Source: Octopus vulgaris
Taxonomy: Eukaryota
Length of the DNA stretch: 64,000 nt
Direction of reading: 5' to 3'
NCBI GenBank assembly: GCA_951406725.2
Contig: OX597819.1
Coordinates: 62,620,001 to 62,684,000, forward strand
Position numbers and translations under genes: made by a program. Below, one piece after another: positions 57,246 to 64,000 of the stretch (position 1 is the stretch's first letter; each line of letters begins with the position of its first letter). The notes under the pieces are model-generated. The model ran no database searches. It saw nothing but the letters and a program-made list of their open reading frames with translations, and had not been told where the DNA came from.

Positions 57246-57478
57246 GAGAGCCTGAGGAACCTGCACAAAGTAGAGGTAGGTGTTTTTAAATCAAAGCTGG
57301 ATCTCTTCCTGTCGAGAGTCCCAGATGAACCTACCTCACGACAAGAGGTGCAAATGAGAGTAGCTACATCAAACTCAATTTTTCACCAAGTGCCACATAT
57401 TGGAGGAGGCTCTCAGTAATAACAGTGCAGCAAAACGGCGGTGCATCAGCATAGCCGCAGCTCTCAGCTGGAACTTTA
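57246..57478 (+). mobile_element. CR1-type LINE 3' end
   Basis: SLRNLHKVEVGVFKSKLDLFLSRVPDEPT..ATSNSIFHQ* followed by a short 3' UTR. Confidence 0.82.
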
Positions 57479-57500
57479 TGTATGTATGTATGTATGTATG

Positions 57501-57559
<59 letters not shown>

Positions 57560-57885
57560 ACATACATACATACATACATTACACACACACATGGGTGCGC
57601 GCATGCGTATATTTAACCGCCTGAGTATTGGACACAAACAATATCTAGCGCATGATATAAAATCCTATTTGATCTTAAGGAGGTTTTCTGTGTTTTGTGT
57701 GTTGAGCTTTCAGTGGAATATGCCATGTGCATCATAGATTATGTTACCCATTTCGATCCACATTCAAAACTAAGCCTCTTATTTAATATATCATATAAGT
57801 CATAACTTTGCTTGCTTAACCCAATGATTAAGTTGAGTGACAAATATACGGTTGTCATCATAGCTTCTTATTTTTAGACTAAGTT

Positions 57886-58092
57886 TTAACTCGTTTGCAT
57901 TTAAACCAACCATGTCCAACCAGGATACTCTACCTGATCCGGCCTCTCCCATTTAACCTACAATATCATTCTAAAAATAAACAGTCACGTCATTGGAATC
58001 TCAATACTACGAGATAATGCATAATTAATTGAAATCAATGTGAATTAATAAGCATTATATTTGACTGAGTTATCTGAATGCTAAAAGGTTTA
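57886..58092. mobile_element. Degenerate piggyBac-type MITE
   Basis: TTAACTCGTTTGCATT versus AATGCTAAAAGGTTTA ends. Confidence 0.5.
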
Positions 58093-59739
58093 GACCTCGT
58101 GATCTAATGCAATTGCTTGTTTATAAGCTGGTAGCGTGTAAACTGAGGGCTGTTTAGCTAATAATTCTAGCCGATCAAGCGGCTTCGTATGATGCCATGA
58201 TTGGTTTAATTACAACGCGTACATATTTGAGCTGATAGGGTACTAGTTTGCAAAGTCGAGGGTTTGGAATACATCAATGTCATTGGGTTGCGTCTGTAGT
58301 TAAAATCTTAATTCTCAAAGGCCGAAGCATCGTAATTATAAGCGAGAAAACCGTTAAATTAACGGGTGTTTGTTTGGCTTCTCCAGCTAAGTTCAACACT
58401 TCTAGTTGATATTGCTTGGAAAGGGTTAGGCTGTTTGTCATGCTCACTTGCTTTAGATAATATTGCATGAAATTTTCTTGTGCCCTTTCGACCTTTTTAA
58501 TCAAGATATTCACATCGGCAAACTATTTAAAGTATGTAAATGTGGGAACTAAATACACAACAATACACTAACTCTCATTAACTTTCAAGGTAATTTTGTT
58601 TTATTTCCTTGTGCTTCATTAAAGCAATTTACTCATTTTGCTGTTGGAATAGCAAAAATGTGTTAGTTTTGTTAGCATCGACGACAGCTGTTTAAACTCG
58701 CTTAGCACTTTACTTCTAACAGTGACAACCGTACATATAACACATTCAATTTTCCAAAGTGTGTGATTTAAATCTAATGGCAGCATTAGAATTTGAATTA
58801 TTTTTCTTAGTTTGTGTTGACAACCACCAGCAAAGAAACAACACCATGTATTAACTAATGGGGGCCAGAAATGTTAATGCATATTTTGCCATTTGCTTAA
58901 AATTGCTGTGCTTAGAGACAACCTTACATAATTTTAAAATAGAAAGTGTTATCTTGTCGCCAGTCAATTCCTGTTCAATTTTATCGGAATAAATTAACAG
59001 AAAAATTGACTAAAATTAGTTGCAATATTTTTGACTAAATTATGGCAAAAAGCCAAACGCAAAATTTTCATCTTCAAATTACGGTTTAAAATAGCAAAAA
59101 TTCTAGAAAATTTATTAAACCCATTCCCATAGAGTAATCTGATGCTGAGGTAAAAACGCATTCACAACCATGAAAGGTGATATGAGAAACAGTACTCAAG
59201 GCAGTTCGTAAGAGCATCAGCTAAATATCTTGTGTTACTTACTCCAACTTTCAGCGTCCTGAGTTCACATCCCACTAAGGCCAGCTTTAGCTTTCATCCT
59301 TTTGGGGCTCGATAAATGGAATTGTTAGATCAACAGACGTGTTGCGGTACGTGTTCAACGTGATCGACAAGACTGGGACCATTTTGGGATAACTGGTAGA
59401 CACCACCCTCAAAAAAAGTTTAAAAAAACAAACAAAAAAGGCAGGAAATGTTCAAACCTGCACTTTGGAAGAGGACACTTCAGATGTAGATTCATTGTCT
59501 CATGAAATATACAAAGGCTTAGAATATCATTACACGGTTAATTACATTTAAAATACTTTATATCGAAGAAACATGCATCGTTTTAGCCGAGATCTGACAT
59601 GCATTTCGATAACAGTGCACCATAAACAAGCATTTATTAAGCATAAATTAAAATGAAGTGTGTAAATATATATAAACACCTCTAAGTGACATCATAAAAT
59701 ATTAGCTACTTATTGAAAGAGAGCAGTAATGACCACCCT

Positions 59740-59785
59740 CAGTTCTATATTTAAGAGATAAGGAATCATGTACATTATTTACATT
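59740..59785 (-). mobile_element. Isolated tail of the tRNA/hammerhead module
   Basis: CAGTTCTATATTTAAGAGATAAGGAATCATGTACATTATTTACATT. Confidence 0.8.
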
Positions 59786-59799
59786 CTTCTTCTTCTTCT

Positions 59800-60010
59800 T
59801 CTTCTATAGGCAATATGACTGAAATGAAAGTTTTTAGGGGCAAGGGCAGTTCCATTAACTCGATCCCAGGGCTCAATTAGTATTTAATTAATCGACTTCG
59901 AAAGGATGAAAGGCAAAGTCGACCTCGGTGGAATTTGAACTCAGAATGTAAAAAGTCGGAAGAAACGCAACCAAGCACTTTGTCCGGCGAGCTGACGATT
60001 CTGCCATCTC
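59800..60010 (-). mobile_element. SINE family B
   Basis: CGAAAGGATGAAAGGCAAAGTCGACCTCGG core. Confidence 0.78.
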
Positions 60011-60392
60011 TTCCCCTAAGAGAATTTATAGATAAATCATCATAAATGAAAGCGGTTAATGAAGAGAGAAAACAAATGGAGGAATGAAGAAAGGATGCTA
60101 TGATAGCTATCAAGGTTATGTAGACAGTAAGAGAAGACCAAGTGTAAGCATATCTATTAGCATTGGAAGTGAGTTGTAAACAGCTTACATTGTATTCTAG
60201 AAGCTTCTATTAACGGAACTATAAAATAAGCCAACCGTTTGAAATTTTCATTTCGTTTGACAAGTTCCTTGGATTGAAACAAATGGCATTTTCTCATAAA
60301 CTATTTTAAAATTTTAATCTATCTACATACATAGATACATACATGTATACATTCATGCATTTATATATGTATACACATGCATGTATTCAATG

Positions 60393-60486
<94 letters not shown>

Positions 60487-60566
60487 CCAACACACACACA
60501 CATACACACACACACACATGCATATATATACATATATCTTCTCTTATATGAATGTAGGGGTGCGTG

Positions 60567-60956
60567 TGTAGAAATAAACGAATTTAAACAAGACTCTTTT
60601 TATTGAATGCACACCTGGTGGTTAGAGCGCTGGGCTCACATTCATGAGGTAATGATTTCGAAACTCAGACGGGCTGTGTGTTGTGCTCTTGAGCAAGACA
60701 CTTTATTTCATGTTGCTCCAGTTCACTCAGATTTAGAAATTAGTTGCGACGTTACAGATACCAAGCTGTATCGGCCTTTGGCTTTCTTTTGGATGACATC
60801 AGTGGCATGGAGAGATGAGGCTGATATGCACAGGGGAATGGTGGTCTTCCATAAACAACCTTGCTCGTTGGAATATCGGGCTCACAATAATAAGATAGTA
60901 AGTTCGATTCCTGGAATGGGCTGTGTGTTGTGTTCTTGAGCAAGAACACAGCAGTT
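60567..60956 (+). repeat. 390-bp direct duplication, copy 1 (flank + tRNA-SINE + start of a second SINE)
   Basis: About 6 differences from 62911-63301. Confidence 0.92.
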
Positions 60957-61622
60957 ATGGGTTCGTTTCCCTGGCGAGGTATCACGATATACCCTTGAAC
61001 AAGGTGTTTTATTTCACATTGCTGCAAACTACTTAGTTGAAATAAGTACCAGCAGAGCCTTGTCGCGTTCTTTCCGCCCCAAAAGCTATCATATGTTGGT
61101 TGTTCCTTTGAGTCAAGTGCACGAGGACCGACAGGGTGCCTATAACTACTTAGTTTTGGTCGATGGATTGCGACCAATCTGGAATACGGTCTTATTTTTG
61201 TTTATTTATTTATTACCTTTGTTTTAGCTTTGTTCAAGTTTTATTAATTGATTGTGGATCTATAATCGACTTGGTAGCGACTGAGTTTCCTTGAGTGCAA
61301 TATTGTATTGTTGACTGGTCCACTATTTTGGTTAGGTTTATCCAATGCTATGTGTTTAATGTTTCGAAGGTGGTATGTAGGGAATCCGGCACTATCGACC
61401 AGTTCTTCCTTTAAAGCCTCCCTTAATGCTCAAGTTTGGTATATGACCTTCTAGAACTTTCTATACATAAATTGAAGCATATCACTCGATATGCCATCCA
61501 AGGTTGTAGAGACATAAAACTTTAAGACGTTCCCATATACAGTTAAAACGGTTAGTGGGTTGTATGCAAACTATAATTTCAGTGTGGATAATCTAAAAAC
61601 TTTACTATAATTATATACAATA

Positions 61623-61821
61623 CAGTTCTATATTTAAGAGATGAGGAATTATGTACATTATTTACATTATTTACATTTGACGGATATTTGTCCTTATCCT
61701 TTTTTGTTGTTAACACAATGTTTCGGCTGATATACTCTCCAGCCTTCATCAGGTATCTTGGGGAAATTTCGCACCTGGGTTCTCATTCCTAAGGTATTTT
61801 TCGATGTTGTTGTTGTTGTTG

Positions 61822-61883
<62 letters not shown>

Positions 61884-61893
61884 GTTATTGTTA

Positions 61894-61954
<61 letters not shown>

Positions 61955-62029
61955 GATCACTGCCTGGAATCGAACTCGGAATCTTGGGGTTAGTAGCCCG
62001 CGCTCTTAACCACTATGCCATATGCCCGT
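61623..62029 (-). mobile_element. tRNA/hammerhead pLTR-like module, full length with tail
   Basis: Head to AGAACTG tail; hammerhead at 61712-61757 (CTGATGA..GAAA, with CG>CA in stem III). Confidence 0.9.
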
Positions 62030-62910
62030 TGAGAAAGACTGCATTTAGCAAAGATATTTTTTATGGACAGTGGGATGGGATTTGACCGTTGAATAATTGT
62101 TGCACTAAATCCCAAACCATTTCGCTAATGGTCTTTAATGAAAATATAATGTACCAAGATGCTGTGAAGTGTCATTGGATATTGAGTTACATGAAAGATA
62201 AATTAGCCAATGACTTTGAAAATGCCAAGCATAGCAGTCGAAGCAGCTTTTCCTCTTATAAAATAACATTTCACAACGCGTTTGCAGTGTAGCACTGATA
62301 CTAACAAAGACAATAAATGACTGGTTTACAGGGAAAATTCACTCCATGGGCATTATAACCGACAATACCCTTACACTCCACAGCAAGCTTCCACAGAAAT
62401 TGTGATATTGAGAGACTTTGACTCAGTAGAATAGAGAGAGTTTAAGATCAGGACAAACTGCGTTTAATTGTCGTATGTTATTACACAGACGGCATTTGCT
62501 AAAGAATGTCGGCTAAACATAAGTATATAGACCAAGTAGTCAAGGTACAGAGATCTCTCCAAGTTGACTATGAAGTAGAACCCTTCAGTTTCGTTGCAGG
62601 ACAATCGTACTTCAAGAAAGACCTGGAAGAGAAACACTCTGTTTACCATATTAAATGTTTCTCGCAACTTTGAGTGCACCTTCTCTGAGATCTTTCACTT
62701 TTACATCAGTTCACTTTCCGTAGGTTATGTTTTTACTATGTAAAAGCAAATACGATATACATTACGATAAAAAGAAACCGCGAAACTCTAAAACAACCAA
62801 AAAACTTGATTATGTTGTTCCACTGAAAGATGTATAACATATACGACAGCTGCTGCTCTAAAAATGGAATCCCTCGCCATAATGTTTATAAAACATTACA
62901 CAAATTCATC

Positions 62911-63520
62911 TGTAGAAATAAACGAATTTAAACAAGACTCTTGTTATTGAATGCACACCTGGTGGTTAGAGCGCTGGGCTCACATTCATGAGGTAATGAT
63001 TTCGAAACTCAGACGGGCTGTGTGTTGTGCTCTTGAGCAAGACACTTTATTTCATGTTGCTCCAGTTCAAATCAGATTTAGAAATTAGTTGCGACGTCAC
63101 AGATACCAAGCTGTATCGGCCTTTGCCTTTCTTTTGGATGACATCAGTGGCATGGAGAGATGAGGCTGATATGCACAGGGGAATGGTGGTCTTCCATAAA
63201 CAACCTTGCTCGTTGGAATATCGGGCTCACAATAATAAGATAGTAAGTTCGATTCCTGGACTGGGCTGTGTGTTGTGTTCTTGAGCAAGAACACAGCAGT
63301 TCACTCAGCTGTAGAAATGAGTTGAGACGTCACTGGTGTCAAGCTGTATCAGCCTTTACCTGTTCCTTATTTAACATCAGTGGCATGGAGAGGAGAAGCT
63401 GGTATGGATGTGCAACTACTGGTCTTCCCCGAAACAACTTTGCTCGGTTTTGTGCCTTGAAGGGGAACTTTCTAGGTGCAATCCCATGGTCATGATCGAA
63501 GGTGTCTTTACCCATTTCCA
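62911..63520 (+). mobile_element. Duplication copy 2 continuing as a tandem tRNA-SINE pair (family E)
   Basis: TGGTGGTTAGAGC head; TCTTGAGCAAG; body CAAGCTGTATC..ACATCAGTGGCATGGAGAG present twice. Confidence 0.78.
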
Positions 63521-63689
63521 AATAAATCACACCCATAATTTAGTACTATACATTGGTGCAAAATATTTTCCCTTCGTAATTTTAGACTTGCTAAGTGTAT
63601 GAGTACCAATCTCATTTTTTCCCAGTTAGAATCAAAGATAAATTATGTGACGTATACACGAGAAAATACGGTAAATATCGACTCAAGGA

Positions 63690-63785
63690 ATATTAGTAGA
63701 ATATTGCTGAGTACTGGGGTCAATGTTATCAACTTTATCCCTCGCTCGAAATTGCTGGTCTTGTGCCGAAATTTGAAACCATTAT
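63690..63785 (+). mobile_element. SINE family B 3' fragment
   Basis: GAGTACTGGGGTCAATGTTATC..AAATTTGAAACC. Confidence 0.55.
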
Positions 63786-64000
63786 AAGTTTAAGAGACAA
63801 TCACGAAATGCGTCGATTTTCAAGAAAAGAAAATGGTTAGCTACCCTGCACTTTGTAAATACAATCTGTCGGTGGAAAAGTAAAATATGTTAGATTTTCC
63901 TAAAGTTCTACTTCAAATTTCATTTGTCTGAATGCAAACTTCAGCGATGCAGTTTGTTTCTTTATTAGGAATAAAATACTTTTCTTGCAGAAAAATAGCA

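Noticed and set aside
58280-59110. hAT transposase relic on the minus strand
   Set aside because: Only vague similarity; no clear catalytic motifs.
60567-63301. LTR retrotransposon
   Set aside because: The repeats are SINE-derived and the interior lacks PBS, PPT and gag/pol motifs.

Overview
This is gene-free, AT-rich eukaryotic DNA, saturated with microsatellites ((TA)n, (CA)n, (CATA)n, (TCTA)n, trinucleotides) and transposable-element debris. The repeat repertoire looks like a coleoid cephalopod (octopus-like) genome, which is inference from pattern recognition only. I can support no host protein-coding gene, and nearly all ORFs in the track are microsatellite artefacts. Recognisable content: several tRNA-derived SINE families; R4/Dong-type, CR1 and RTE LINE fragments; Tigger/pogo, piggyBac-type and foldback DNA-transposon relics; two head-to-tail non-autonomous Helitrons; two Penelope-like (GIY-YIG) endonuclease relics; and two long near-perfect inverted repeats. 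The most interesting system is a ~250-400 bp module made of a tRNA-like Pol III head, an (AAT)n tract, a minimal type-I hammerhead ribozyme and a 34-nt tail, with 6 large copies and 2 fragments. At 14146-14613 its head is fused directly to the end of a Penelope GIY-YIG ORF. Three insertions show a stereotyped inverted-tail geometry inside 10-13 bp TSDs. It therefore looks like a Penelope pseudo-LTR that carries a tRNA-type promoter plus a ribozyme and spreads as a SINE-like element. A second, (TA)n-embedded family carries a variant hammerhead core. Coordinates were counted by hand and boundaries of degenerate elements are approximate.
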